Below are positions 1 through 12,697 of a stretch of 64,000 bases of DNA, one piece after another. Each line of letters opens with the position of its first letter. The first letter of the stretch is position 1. The stretch is from Anthoceros angustus (taxonomy: Eukaryota; Plantae; Anthocerotophyta): positions 43,082 to 107,081 of the forward strand of contig VJWM01000303.1 in NCBI GenBank assembly GCA_010909165.1, in the 5' to 3' direction. The position numbers and the translations under genes are program-made. The notes under the pieces were generated by a model, which was given only the letters and a program-made list of their open reading frames with translations, searched no databases and was not told the origin of the DNA.

Positions 1-88
1 TCCGGAAAGTCGGGTGAGATCGACAGTGAATCGCCCAATCTTGACCGTGCGTTCCCTGTCCCTCCTTCCAACAAGCTGCCCATCGACG

Positions 89-730
89 TGTTTAATTCTA
101 TGAGGAGGGGTCTGTGGCCCGTGGTGAGGTCTGTGGCACAGGAAAAGGGAGAGAGCGGGTATACATGTGCGGTGAGAGGTTCTCGGAAGAAGAGGGTGAG
201 TATCTTTGTGGTAAGGAAATTGTGGTTGCGTTTGAGGAAGCGGAGTAATAGAAAGAGGGGAGCGAGTGAGATCGGTGGGGTCGACCGGGCGAGTCGTCAT
301 GATTCACGATCAGTGCCTAATTCCGGGAAGTTCGAGCACGGACCCCCTAGGAGTGAATTAGAGTAGATGTGTGTGTGCGTGTGTGTGTGTGGGGAAGACG
401 ACCCTCGGAGACCCCGTCCAGGCCGGGGTGGCCGGTGAGTAGTCACAGCAGCGCGCGCTCTGGCGGGGCGCCCCCGATGGTTGAGTCAACCCGCTGCGGT
501 GGCGGAACGCCACTCTGATGGAACCCCCGCGGCGGTGGGAGTCCTCCACGATGGTCGGTTCCGTAGAGTGGGTGGTTCGTAGGTAAACGTCGGTTGTGGT
601 AGGTTAGACACCGTAGATTAGCTCATCTTGACACAAAACCATTCCCTTGGGATCGAATCCTAGGACTATAACGACATAGAGAGGGTAAATGTGGCCTCCT
701 TGCGTCTTTGGATGCAAAACCCATTCCACA
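89..730 (+). repeat. LTR of Athila/Tat-like Ty3/gypsy family A (solo or 3' LTR); left boundary approximate
   Basis: Diverged inverted homolog of 22646-23422 (e.g. acacaaaaccattcccttgggatcgaatcctaggactata at ~631-670 vs reverse complement at ~22706-22746); ends ...CCACA at 730 with no PBS after it. Confidence 0.65.
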
Positions 731-1116
731 ATGAGGCGGTGACAGTCAGCGATGAAGAGTGAAGAGGTCGCAGGGCTACCCAGTGAGTGTGCCGCTGAGA
801 AGTTGCTGGAGAAGAGTCCGAGGGGTCCGCAGGCGCCGCGAGTGGAGGTACCTGCCGGTGGAGCGATTGTTGAGAGGCGGAAGGGAAGAGCTTGCGGAGG
901 ACTACCGCGAAACAAAGCGAGTGAAGAAAATGCTGGAGGGGAGATTGAAGGGGCCAAGGCCACCTCTTGGTGTGTGTTGAGGCCCACTGTTGAAGAGCAC
1001 GGAAGCTCCCCTTGCTGCCTCACCCAAACCACCACTTCTTTGCTCACCACTCTCTAGCGATAGATTACTCTCAATCTCTCCAATCTTGCTATCCTTGTGT
1101 GTGCTCCCACTGCGAG

Positions 1117-3340
1117 ATGGTGAAGATAGTGAGGAGGGCCGGGGATCTCAGGAGGAAACCTCCACCGGCCACACCACAAGGGAAAAGGAAGAAACACCCA
1201 ATTCCGAGTTCGAGTGTAGGCGCTCCAAATTTCACCTCGAGATTTGGAGGCGGGCGCTATCGAGATGAAGATGGAATGGCTGTACTTGGTGCACAGGTGG
1301 CACTTTGGTCTGAGTTCGGGTGTCTTGCGAATGAGAGTGACCAAGTGACGGCCAATTTCCGGAGGATACGGTCAAAGTCATCCACAGGATGTGGAAGGTC
1401 GACATTTCCGGGATCGTATTTGATCTGGAAGCCCACAAGGGAGGGATCATTCGCGATTCGATTCTCAAGAATCGATCCGGAGGAGGTTATGAGCTATGTT
1501 CCTCGACCAAGGAGGAAGTATGGTCAAGGCAATGGCTGGAGGATCTCTTTGTTCAAGGAGGTGGAATTTATTCGCCAAGATATGGCTAGGACTAACGTGC
1601 GAGGAAGGCGTGCACAGGAAATTCCCATTTAATGATGATGTATGAGATGTCCGGGGAAAGTTGGTGGATTGGGCCACCATTACATATGAGCAGTGCGGTT
1701 GCGGAACCATTTGGTGATGGAGGAGCAAGAATCGGTTTGTCTCTACCTTCCTCGTACACCTATATCGGAGGAGGAGGTTCTTACAGGTGGTGGAAGAAGC
1801 CAAGATAAAGCTACTCGGTGAGGGTGGTGGAAGGAGAGCCATCGGGAGGATGAAGAGCAGGCGAGAGGCCCTGGGCAAGAGGCGCCACCCCGCGAACCGG
1901 CATGAGGCCTCGGGATCGGGAACCCGAAGGGAAAGAGGCCATAGAAGCACCTCCTACGGTGGAAGGAGGAAAGGATCTGAGACCACCTACGGAGGTTAAG
2001 GATTGGTAGGCCCAACACCGGTGGTGAGTGAACCCCTACGGTGGGACCGGGAGGATGGAGGACCTACGGTGGGAGCTTTACCTCCTACCAAAGAGGTAAT
2101 GTGAGACTTGTTAGCTGATGGGCGGGTGGCAGAAGAACGCCGAGGCGTTGGTGACCTCGCACCAGCGGGAGGAGGCGATGGGAAGTGTTTGAGCAGGCAT
2201 CCTACAAAGGGTAGTTCTTGAGGAAGTGGCGCGGGATCTATGGACGCCCTAGTGGGCGTGTCGGGGAGGTGGCGAAGTTCGTCTTGAACTTGAGACCTGA
2301 GGAGGAGGAGAGGAAATTGAGAGCTCAAAACCACCTCAGAAGCAACACTCCGTGCTAGATCGGCGCGGCGGGATGACCACCAAGTTGGTGAATGTGTGGA
2401 AATGATTGACGGTCTTAGGCGGGAGGCAAAATCGGCCAAGAGGGCTGAGGAGTTGGAAGCGCCGGGGAAGGAGAAGGAAGTTGGAAGCTACCTAGCAAGG
2501 GTAGGAGGCATCGAGCCGACAGGAGGCGGACTCATCTGTGAGGCCAGCGGGACCTTGAAGGCAGAAGGACCTCCCTCGAGAAGTTAGTTGCCATGGAGCA
2601 GCGGAAGGAGCATTACAAGGAAAATCGACGGCTTGGTGAAAGAGCGACAAGGATGGGACAATGTGACCAAGGGTCACAAGAAGCTTTGCAGAGAACTTTT
2701 GGAGCGACGCAAGAAGGACGACCTTACCCACGCTATGAGGGGAGGCAAGGAAGCCGGAAGGAAGTTTTGATATGGCGATCTTTGGAGGTCTTGGTCATTC
2801 GAGGAGGCGAGCGGCCATAGTGAAAACATGGCGATGGAAGCCATGGAGAAAGATAAGGAGATTGGGAGACTTGCCACAGGTTGGAGGAGGCGGTAGTGGA
2901 GAAAAGGCCGCATTGGTAGGAGTGACAAATCGGTAGGGTGGGGCAGTCGTCATCCCACTAAGGGTCCGCATCATGGCGCACAAAGAAGGAGAGTAGTAGG
3001 GTGGCGACCTGTACAACAACCTCCTAGAAGCGATTGAGGAAGCCTACGGTGAGGAAGGCGAAAGCAGACCTCAGCACGGCCAAGTGGAATGGCGACGGAG
3101 GTGAAACTTTGAGTTGGTACAAGGAAAGGCGGTCTGGACATAGCGAGCAAGCAAGTCAAGAAGCACCTCTGGCGGCCGATGGGACCTCCAGGGGCAGTGG
3201 AGCTATCAAGCGGGGAGGAAGAGATTGATGGTAGGATGGTACCAAAGTTCCTACTCGGTAGGGCTGATGAGGAGGAGGAGACCCGGAAGGAGGGTACCTC
3301 GGTCGATGAAACCAGTGTGAGGAAGGAACCCCATAGCAGA
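1117..3340 (+). pseudogene. Retroelement accessory ORF (NGW / DW / SxFLxH family) followed by charged low-complexity region, frameshifted
   Basis: Fragments GQGNGWRISLF and NRFVSTFLVHLY align by eye with ORFs at 18127, 24126 and 54118. Confidence 0.45.
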
Positions 3341-3346
3341 TCGAAG

Positions 3347-4463
3347 CGTGGTAGGGCAGAACCGCCTACCAGAGGCGAGGGCAGTGGGGAGGAACCTCAA
3401 GGACAAGCAGTAGGAGGAATGGAACCTCCTACCACGGTGGAGACCTACCGGTGGGGCGTGGCGGTGCTACGGCAGTCTGGTGACTCTGGAGGTGGGCAAG
3501 GCTAAGCGACCCATCGAAGGGAAGACATTGAAGGCTGCGAGGCGAGAAGCGTGACGTGGGATGTCGGTGGGACCTTTTCAATGGGGTTTTGTCCCAAGTG
3601 GTGCACACCTTGGGAAGTGTGAGTGTTAAGAGTGGCGGTATGAGCGGATAGGATATTCAGTCAAGGGTGGGGAGGAGGATGAAACGAGGGGGTGACAAGG
3701 TCCTATTGTTGGACTTGGCAAGTCGCCTAGCATTAAACTAGCACGAGTGACCAGTCGACTCCCCACCTATAAAAGGGAGGGTGGAAGAATGAATAAACAC
3801 GGACCTTGCTTTGCCATGCATTCTTCGTCTCTCGGCGCATCCCTTTGTGTGTGTGTGTGCGGTGGCCGTCGTCATGGCGGCGAGAAGGCGAAGGTGGGGT
3901 TTGATCGGAGGCCCTCGCGGTGGGTTCGCAGGCTCCTCCTCTCGTGAAAGATTGTTGTTGGATGTGCTTTGTGTTCTGTTGGTTGGCCTCTGCGGGTGTG
4001 GCTCGACTACGCTCGCGTCGGTGTTTGTACAATCGGCCGAGAGAAATACCCATTAGCCGTCACCCAGGCGGTTGTCGCAAGGAGGCGTGCAAGTAAGCGT
4101 TCTGAGAGTTAGATTTGGGATCGAATGAAGTGAGTTTGTATGATTGTCGTGAGCTATGTTTCTTTGAGAATGGTGAAGCGGTTGGTTATGGGTGTGTCGT
4201 TGTAGAGTGATTGATCGTTGTAGTTGGCATAGGAGAGTGTTGGGGTGGATAAAGGGAATCCGTGGAGGCGGCCGTGGGCGACCGCGCATAACACGTTTTG
4301 TTGCCCTGCGAGGACAAGTAGGCCGGGCGGGATGATGAGGCGAGAGTGAGAGGAGCGACTGCAAACAATCGAACCAAATCTCTTGGGATCGAACCTCGTA
4401 TTCAGCAATAGTGGATAGTGTGGCCACCGAGGCGGGCTCCGTGACCGAGGCAAACCTACCACA
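3347..4463 (+). repeat. Putative solo LTR (~1.1 kb)
   Basis: Termini GTGGTAGG...CCTACCACA are inverted; TATA-like cctataaaag at ~3766; GT tract and cttgggatcgaa motif shared with LTR family A; no clean TSD. Confidence 0.4.
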
Positions 4464-5343
4464 GCGAGAGATGCCTACAAGAGTAGGTGTGAGGACGAGA
4501 GTGGCCACGGAGATTGATGATCTCCAAATGCGATTATCATAGCTTGGGGCTCATCTCCACAACAGATTTTGAAGGCCAACAATGAAGTCTTTGTGAGGAG
4601 GACATTAGGTCCTCATGATGATGACGGAAGGAGCTGCAGCAGTGCGGCCGAGGCCTCACTTTGATGAGGCCACGACATGGCCATGGAGGGAGTCCGAGGA
4701 GGAGGAGGAGGAGGCGCGCACCCGGGTAGAAGATGGTGCGGAAGGAGGACGGCCCGCCCTCAGGGGTCACCCTACCACGGTGGGTGACCACCCTACCACG
4801 ATGTCTGCCGGACTAGTGGTGAGCACCTCTGTGTAGTCGGACTGGGTAAGCAGCAGGGCGAGGAGCCTGCTGGGAGTCGGGCGGAGGCTGGTGAATGAAG
4901 GAGGGGTGGCATACCCGGAGAAGGAGGCGGGCGGTGGGAGAACCTGAGGAGATCGGGGTCAGGCCGACCGAGGAAGGGGAGGGTGAAAAGTTCCCTCACC
5001 CCACGAGCAAGAGAGGAGCCCGGGCCAGGAGAGGAGACTAATGCCAAAAGGGCCCGGAGAAGTTAGTGGAAACATCGGCCAACAATTGGGGAGGAAGACT
5101 CTTTGAGAATGCTCCAAGCTAGGTATGGACAAACCAAATAGGAGGAAAGGAGCAAGGAGGATTCCAACCCAAGAGACATCACCGATGGAGAGGAAGAAGA
5201 AGAAGGAGAGAGGGATTAGACTACCATGGTAGGTAGTCAGACTACCCCGGTAGTCTGCCAGACTACCGCGGTAGGGTGCTGATGGACGGAACGCAACCAG
5301 GCGGCGGAGGCTGAAGAAAAGGGTGCCTAAGTGCGCGGAGGGG

Positions 5344-6599
5344 GGCGCGATTGCTGGAGGATGAGCGGAACCGAGGCGCCGTCCCGAGGAGCAGGAGGAA
5401 GGGGCAGATTGGTACTTGCTCCACACATTAGGAAGACGACAGAATTTGGGGAAGGGACAGGAGCAAAAAGAGGGCGAGAGAGCCAATCCACAGGAGATGC
5501 GTCGCCACCCCAGCAGGATATGGACTAGGTATGGTCAAGGACCATAAATGAACTTGGAGAGAATAGGAAGGATTGGTGAGAAAGACTGACATCCTTTGAG
5601 GATGATCTTAGATGAAGTTGCTAGAATAGAATTTACCTAGAATCAAGCAGTAGACTTAGATGCCAGGCCTTAAATACTGGCGGTAGGAAATAATAAAATA
5701 TTGGGAAAGGTGGCCTGCAACAGGGTCACCCGAGGGAGGTTGTATGTGGAAGGCCTCCTATAAGAGGAGGAGGATTTCACAAAGTAAAGTATCACGTCTT
5801 GCGCTTCCATACTCGCGAGTCCTTTGCCCTTGTAAAGGAATTTCGTGACGGCTGTGAGCCAACGCAGCGTCTGGTAGAGAAGTCGCGGTGGTCGGAGTGC
5901 TTGGTGGAGGCTTGCTCCTCAAGTGCCTAAACGAGTTGCTCCCCTTGTGAATGGTTGCTTTGTGAAATTGCTTTGCTTTGGGTGTGTGGCAATGCCTGTG
6001 AACTCTCGGCGAGGTTGATCCACAGGAAAGACTCCTGGAGGTGCTCGTGGTGTCAAACTCAGCAACCGCCCAAGGAAGAACTTGGTGGGCCAGGCCGCGA
6101 TTGTCGTAAGGGCAAGTCGAGCGATGGCCCAAACCGAGGTTAGAATAGGAGGAAGAGAAGGAGATGAGTAGAGGATTAGAGTGTAGGTGTTAGCGGAAGG
6201 CCACAGGCAGAGCCTAAGGGACGAATCCCAAATCGCAAGTAAAAGAGCGCTCCACGAGTGGAGGATTGGTCTTAGAAGTAGGGACGAATGGCGCGGATCG
6301 GGGTCCACAGGCGCGTGGTAGGCTCCTCGCTAAGGCGGGACCTCAATGGTGTCTTGTGTTGTAGGTTGAGAATTGGTAGTCTTCGGAGCAAAAGGTGCGG
6401 TGCATTGTAAGAGGAGTGAGTGAGGGCGCCTTGCTTGTTTAGAAGGTGAGAAGTGTGTCACTGCAGTGATCGGCTTCCACAAGACTCCGAACTTTCACAC
6501 GAGTCTCATGGGACGAAACCCAACGTACGAAGCGACAGTGGGATAAGTGTGGCCGCTAGAGGGGGAAGCCTCGGAAGCCCCGGGGTTTTCCCTCCCACA
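5344..6599 (+). repeat. 3' portion of a long LTR (probably family B), direct repeat of 57446-58620
   Basis: ~1.2 kb of strong direct similarity to 57446-58620; homology stops exactly at ...CCACA in both copies. Confidence 0.75.
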
Positions 6600-6849
6600 T
6601 GAGGATAGCGGGATAGTTCTCATGGAGAACTGGCGATGAGAAGAGGTCTCCTATGCCATCTTTGCCTGATGAGGCCGTAGCCCTCATGGTGGAGGAACTC
6701 AAGCTAAGTTAAGAACGGATGGAGGATGGAGAGAGTGGCCGACCAGGCCCACAGAGGAATGGTCTTCTAGAGGTCTGGGTGGACCAACGAGTTGACACCT
6801 ATGCAAGGAGCTGGAGAAGGAGGGCAGTGTTGGCCTTCAGTAAGGAAGA

Positions 6850-8470
6850 GTGGAGAATTTAGCGGGAGCTCCAGTCCTACTAGAGCTCTATAGTCGGAGG
6901 AGATCGGTGACACAGTCAAAATGGAGCAAGAGACTATGCCCAACAAGAACGATGTCTTCATTGGAAGACACGGGACGATGTCCTTGGCAGATTTCAAGGA
7001 AAGTTTTGCTAGAACATTGCAGAGATGAAGCTCAAGTACAAGGACGAGCTTACAGCAGAAATGGCTTTTTTGAAGATGGCATCATTTCTGGCAGGAGAAT
7101 CATGGATGTATTATAGGAATTGAAGGAGGTGGTGCTCGCTGCTAGTGAAGCTCGATGAAACAAAAAGAAGGAGGTCATAGCGAAAGAGGAAGCTGTCAAA
7201 CCAACCAAGGAAGATGACTTGGAATATCTAGTGAACATCATGTTCAGAAAGTTTAAGAACATGTTCCCTACCTCGTCTTTAGAGAAGATTCAGGAGTTGT
7301 TGAAGTTTACCATCAAGCCTAACGAGCCATTGCAAACTGCTTATTTAAGGTTGAGGCAGTTGGTGGCAGACACTGGCATCAAAACTCTAAGGGAGGCAGC
7401 TAAGATCTTCATGGCGGCATTGCAACCTAGGCAACGAAGGAAAGTTGCCGATGCTGTCCACGCAGCATTTGGGGAAAAGTACAAGTTATTGGAGGTCTAT
7501 CAAATAGCTAAGAAAGTGCTGAAGGATGATGCTATCACTAACGCGTATTGGGAGGAACACATTCTTGTGAGGAGCAGCAGTGCCGGACATCAGGGAGGAT
7601 CGAATTATCAGCAAAAGCCAGCATATAGGGATCAGGGCCAAACCTTTGGTCAGAACAAGGGAGCAATAGCCAAGGCTAACAACGCGGCCGAAAGTCCAAA
7701 TGCCAAGTATGGCAGATGCAGAGGCTCACACAAGTCGTTTCAGTGTGATTATCGGCCTGGACGACCGAAAGGGAAGGAGGCCTGTAAGGCGTACAATCCG
7801 TGGGGACAAATTGAAGCAGCCTGCTAGGAGGCTCATCCTGAGCTCAAGCCAAAGGAGATGGCTGGGGCTAAGTTAGAAAAAGGCAGGCAGGTTCCCACTC
7901 AAAAGGTCAACATGGGACAAGTTGAGCAATTGCAAAAGGAGCTTGCTAGCATAATGAGTTGCACAGTACCAGTAGAAGAAGACTCGGACTATTTTGATGT
8001 GGAGGTCTACGCATTGTCAGTAGCCACAAGGCGCTCAAAGAAAAGGAAGGTCATGTTTGACCTCGGTGATGGAGTCACTGGCAAGGAGACGATGGTTCGA
8101 GAGTAGTTGAAGATGCTAGAATCATTCAGAAGTAAGAAGATGGAGGCAATGAAATGATAAAAGAGTCTAGCCCGCAGCCAAGTGCAGAAGCACTGCTGGA
8201 GAGAGCAATGCAGGCTCCAGTTGTCAACCTCAAAGACCGTGGTGGGAAAGGCTCTCAGTTCAAGAAGGTGATGCAACTTGGATTCACAAAGAGGCGGACA
8301 CAAGTGGAGCAGTGGCCGCGATGGCCACCTAAAGGGAGAACATTTGAAGCCTGGAGCAAGAGGTCAAGGTAGCCGACTTAGCCATGGTGATGAACAAAGG
8401 TAGAGAAATCACCTTTGATGGCTATGCACCAACCAACGTGTTGGTAGATACTAGAGCAGATCTGGTAACA
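6850..8470 (+). pseudogene. gag: Ty3/gypsy gag plus start of aspartic protease, truncated
   Basis: ORF 7219-7827 is capsid-like (LLKFTIKPNEPLQTAYLRLRQLV) with degenerate zinc knuckles; NVLVDTRAD (DTG-like) at ~8436-8462, then sequence changes abruptly. Confidence 0.6.
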
Positions 8471-8483
8471 CGATAATCCTGGA

Positions 8484-8871
8484 AGGAGGTTAATATACGA
8501 ACCCCTTCCACACTTCCGAAACCCCCTTCACAGAAAAGACACCGTTCCAGAATTGCGCGTTATGGCGATTCCATAGTCAATTGGACCATGCTACCCTACT
8601 AGAAAAGGGCAGCCTATGTTACACTTTATGTTAAGATTTGGACCCCTGGATGTAACACTCATGTTGCAATTTTGGGGCCATGTAACACTTTTTGGGCCCC
8701 TTGTTACACTTTGGCTTGGAAACCGCACTTGGTTGCAATCATGTTGCAATGGTGTTGCAATTATGTTAAGATGAAGTGAGAGGTGCTTTTTCCTCTCTCA
8801 AGAATGTGCAACATCTAAAGTGTTACAAGAGAGGTCTTGTAACACTTTTGTAGGCTTGGTATCAACCTCCT
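8484..8871. mobile_element. Possible MITE or DNA-transposon end with subterminal repeats
   Basis: Imperfect inverted ends AGGAGGTTaATA / TATcAACCTCCT; many internal TGTTACA/TGTAACA/TGTTGCA motifs; no TSD found. Confidence 0.3.
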
Positions 8872-8899
8872 CCCCATCCACCATTTCCCTTTACTTTTG

Positions 8900-10760
8900 C
8901 CCTATTCTACGCAGGAGGGGAAGAAGAAAATTGCGAATCGAACGGGAGGGCGGAAGTTTCCTGTAGATGCATACGATGACGAATAGAAAGTGCCTAGATG
9001 GAGGCATAAGCCGGGCGACACCAAATCGCCTCCGTGCAGTACAATCTTGTAGAGCCATAATCTCACGGTGATGCATAAGGTGATAGGTGGGACAGATCTT
9101 GTGGGCCAGAAGCCGATGGCTATTGGTGACGTGGAAGACAACCGCATGCCGGTATGCTTCAAAGTAGGGGTATAAAGGTCGATATTTACACAAATAGTAA
9201 ATACAAAGTATCGTATCATGAATATGTATGGACGTGTCACAACATATATATACAAACTTCTTTTATATGAAATTGAATACGGCCGTATAGCACTTAAAAT
9301 AATATAGTACATTTATCACAGTAGATGATATGCGTACCGTATGAAGGATGTATTGATACAGGTATTTATATGTGGTCGTATTGATGGGCGTATCAGTGGT
9401 AACTACCAAGTAAAACGTGGTATTCAGCATGCCCATCATGAGTTATCCAGCGTTAATGGGTTTCGACAACAAGCTGTCCATTTGCCTTACACCTGCTCCC
9501 TCCTCTTTCTTCCGCCTTCTTGGACATTTTCCTCTTCCGTCCTCGTTCTCCACAGCTATCGAGCCGTGCCCTTGTCACTCGCCCATCGCCGCCTCCTCTA
9601 CTCCTGCCTCTTTTCCTCTTTGGCCTCCACCTTTATCACGGGCATTGCCTCAACTAGGGCTCCATGAGTCCATGCTCAAGATCCGAGAAGCAAGGTATGT
9701 GTCGGCTCAGTGTACGCCGCCCAGACTCGCCTCCTCTCGGCGTCCATGTTCTCTGTGCATCCCCCATGTCCTCCCCCTTGGCCTCCATCTGCATTGGCCT
9801 TTGCCGATATCAATCGCACTCGCATGATGCCCTCTAGTCCTTCCTTCTCCCCTCGACCAACCGCCTCATGTTCGTTCGCGCCTTTGCCTGCCCTTGGGCT
9901 GCGTAGGGTGATCCATCAGATGCTTCCGGTGGTCGTCCCTGCTCGAGCACGACTCTGCCCTCAACACACCTTCTTCCACGCCATCCAGCGTCACTCCATC
10001 TTATCCCGGCTCCACCTCCGCGCATGGTCACACCGGTGAGCACCCTCCACCTCTTTTCCATTATTTGCTTGCTGCCCACCTGACACAGCCCTCGTCGCCC
10101 TGCCTCCATTTACCCCATTCCCAGGCATGCAACTTCCACCAACCCTGGGCGATCGTGGTGTCGCGGGCACCATAATATCGTCCACACTGTCACTTGGTTC
10201 CTCCCTCCGGTGCCTCCCTCTTGCATGCTTCCTCAAGACTGTGCCTCGCCGTCTCCACTTCCCCGCTCCTTGTTCATCGTCGCCTTTCCCCTCATTCAAA
10301 GTCTCGTTGTGCCTCGCCCCCTTTGGCCTCCTTCCTCCCAAGCCCCCTTCCACGCCATCTGCATTCCTTGATAGCCTCTCGACGTCCACATCACCACCTC
10401 GTGCACCATCGTTGCCCCCCACCCCTTCCTTCCGTCGTCTCCGAAAGGCCACCATATCAGGATCCATCTCCAATTCAATGTCATTAAGCAAAATGGTCAT
10501 TTCCCTTGTTCTCCTTGCAATAGCCTGAACCTCTGGGGTCTTGTTATACACTCCCTATCTTACCTGCTGAAGGAACTCAGGCACAGAACCCCCACTATCG
10601 CCCCTTGCACGATTTCCACCCGGCCCCTTTCACGATTTCCACTTTCCCTTCTAGCAATCGCTGCCACCGCCCGGCCCTCGAAAGGTTGCCTCCCCTTGTC
10701 TCCAAGCTTGAACGCCTGCCAGCATGCCAGGTGCACCTGTGTTACCCTGTGGAAGACCAC
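8900..10760 (-). pseudogene. Degenerate, probably spliced ORF of unknown (possibly DNA-transposon) origin
   Basis: Protein-like ORF 9991-10551; minus-strand CAG|GTAAG donor near 10565; family not recognised. Confidence 0.25.
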
Positions 10761-11348
10761 ATGTACACTAACCCTCCTCCGAAGTGTCGGGATGAACGAT
10801 TTTTTTGTTTTTGGTGTGTTAGTGTAGTGAAGTGCTTTGGGAATCGTCCGGGTAAGGCCTTTTATACGGAAATGGTCCTTAGCCCATGGTGATAATAATA
10901 ATTTTTTTGGGTCCTTTAGTTTTGACCCTGGATAGGTAGGTCAGGAATAGAGTCCTTGGGTTTTGGTGATTTTTGGAATAAGAGGTGTCTATATATGCTA
11001 GGAATGCCCACAATATGCCACAAGGCAGTCAAGTGGGAGGTGGCTAGCTCCACCACAGTGGCAAAAAGACGTCTGAGACGGGAGTTTACAACCCTAGTGG
11101 CGGGCTCGGTCGGCATCGGAAGAAGAACACACCCGACACCGCGGTGTGAATTTCTAGGAGAGAGCATCATGGTGGCGAGCTGACAGGCAGGCGCCGCATG
11201 CAATGCGGGCCAAATCACCGTTTTTGGCTGCGGTGGCGGTAGCCGTCGATCAGTCGGTGAGGAGGAACCACGCGGGCGGGCGAACTCGCGAAAGGGGGAA
11301 AGAGGCGCTGAGGCAGGAGGACCAGCGCGAAGAGGAGCGGAAGGAGCG

Positions 11349-11607
11349 TGAAGATTTTATGGACTAATGTAGATCAATTAAACATTATAGAATAATTACA
11401 TTGTTGGATCAAGAAAGAAGTAAGTTGCTTATGCATGAAAAGACAACTAAAACTAAATTTAATGAAGCGTTGTATCTATTCACTTAGAGACGTAACCCTA
11501 ATGAAACGACACCATATCTAGTAAACCCTAGCTTATCATATCTTGGTAATATATGGATAACTTAAACCCCTAAACCCTAACTATGATATCAACATTGTAT
11601 ATCATTA
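11349..11607 (-). repeat. Copia-1 3' LTR
   Basis: Direct repeat of 17859-18117; preceded on the minus strand by PPT AAGTGGGAG (11608-11616). Confidence 0.95.
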
Positions 11608-11730
11608 CTCCCACTTGTTGTAAATAGTTAGATACGTCCCTTTGTGTGAAGCTCGTGAGATCGGAGTTGAGCTCGGGTTTTCAATCTTGGTTTTGCCATA
11701 TTGTGGTGGTAGAGCTTTCGCCCCATCTTC

Positions 11731-12677
11731 ATGTCTTTTACGGACACTATGGAATCTGTTGTACAGTGTGAAGCCAAACAGTTGGCTCCCTTTATAATTC
11801 TCCTTACGCTCTTTGCCTCATATGCATCGATCGCCTTGAGAGAAGGTTTTCGATCCCCATATCGAGATGGCGTCACATCTTCAGTCCGAGGGTACTTTGC
11901 CCAAGAAACCGCAGACCCAAATGCTCTAGGCTTTGCTGTGCTGCGACCAAGAGAGACTTAACTTCTGCGGTTAAAGGGGCGTGAAGAGAACGTGGCGCCC
12001 AAAGGAACCACCAAGGAGTTTCGGACGCAGAGGCTCTGCAGCTAAGAAAACATGGGCGGCCCTTCTTGGTGTCACTCTTCTTAGGCCAAGAGCGGCAACG
12101 AGTAAAAGCAAATCTCACATGTTCACCCCGATTTTGGCTTTTCCGAGCGAAGCTAACCCTTGTGAGGACCCAAGCTTTCCCAAGCCTCTGAGACTGTTCA
12201 AGGAAACCCAAATTGTCTCCTACACCATGAAGCACCCTCGCACCCCTATGTGGTATAGGGTTCATGTGGGCGATACTAAAGCTGATGCGCCTGTATCAAA
12301 GTTGAAGATTGCTGGGCGTATCCTCACCATGTTGTTAGCACGTATAGTAAGTCCCAAATTCCATTCTGTTGCAGCATTTTTCTTTTGTGTGTGTGAGGCT
12401 AACCCTTGTTGTGCGAGGATCTAACATACGCATCAAAGAAGAGTCTGACCTCCAGTCTGAAGACAGAATCTCAGGCAAGGCAAGAAGGCAGTGGGAGAAG
12501 ACCCACCGTTCCTTGAATAGTCCCGATCCTTCTGAAGAGGAGGAAGATGAGAGTCAAAGCCTGCAGTCTGGTGAGTCGGAGTCCTGTGGGGACTCATACT
12601 CTCTCAGGTCTCGTGATGAGACTCTTTTTAATGACTACACAGATGATGAACACTCTTCCTTTAGTGGCTGTAGTTAG
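11731..12677 (+). CDS. Antisense spliced accessory gene of Copia-1, unknown function (start uncertain)
   Basis: ORFs 11981-12424 and 12369-12677; GTAAGT donor at 12347, branch-like GCTAAC, AG at ~12417; homologous peptide in Copia-2. Confidence 0.55.
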
Positions 12678-12697
12678 AGTTCTGCACAGCATGGATT

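Noticed and set aside
367-391. GT microsatellite (also ~3846-3859)
   Set aside because: Short simple repeats internal to LTRs; not independent features.
11068-11098. Helitron 3' end (CGTC-TGA-GACG hairpin then CTAG|T)
   Set aside because: Stem only 4 bp, no supported 5' TC end and no Rep/helicase.
11490-11581. Telomere-like (T)AAACCCTA motifs
   Set aside because: Scattered telo-box-like copies inside copia LTRs, not a telomeric array.
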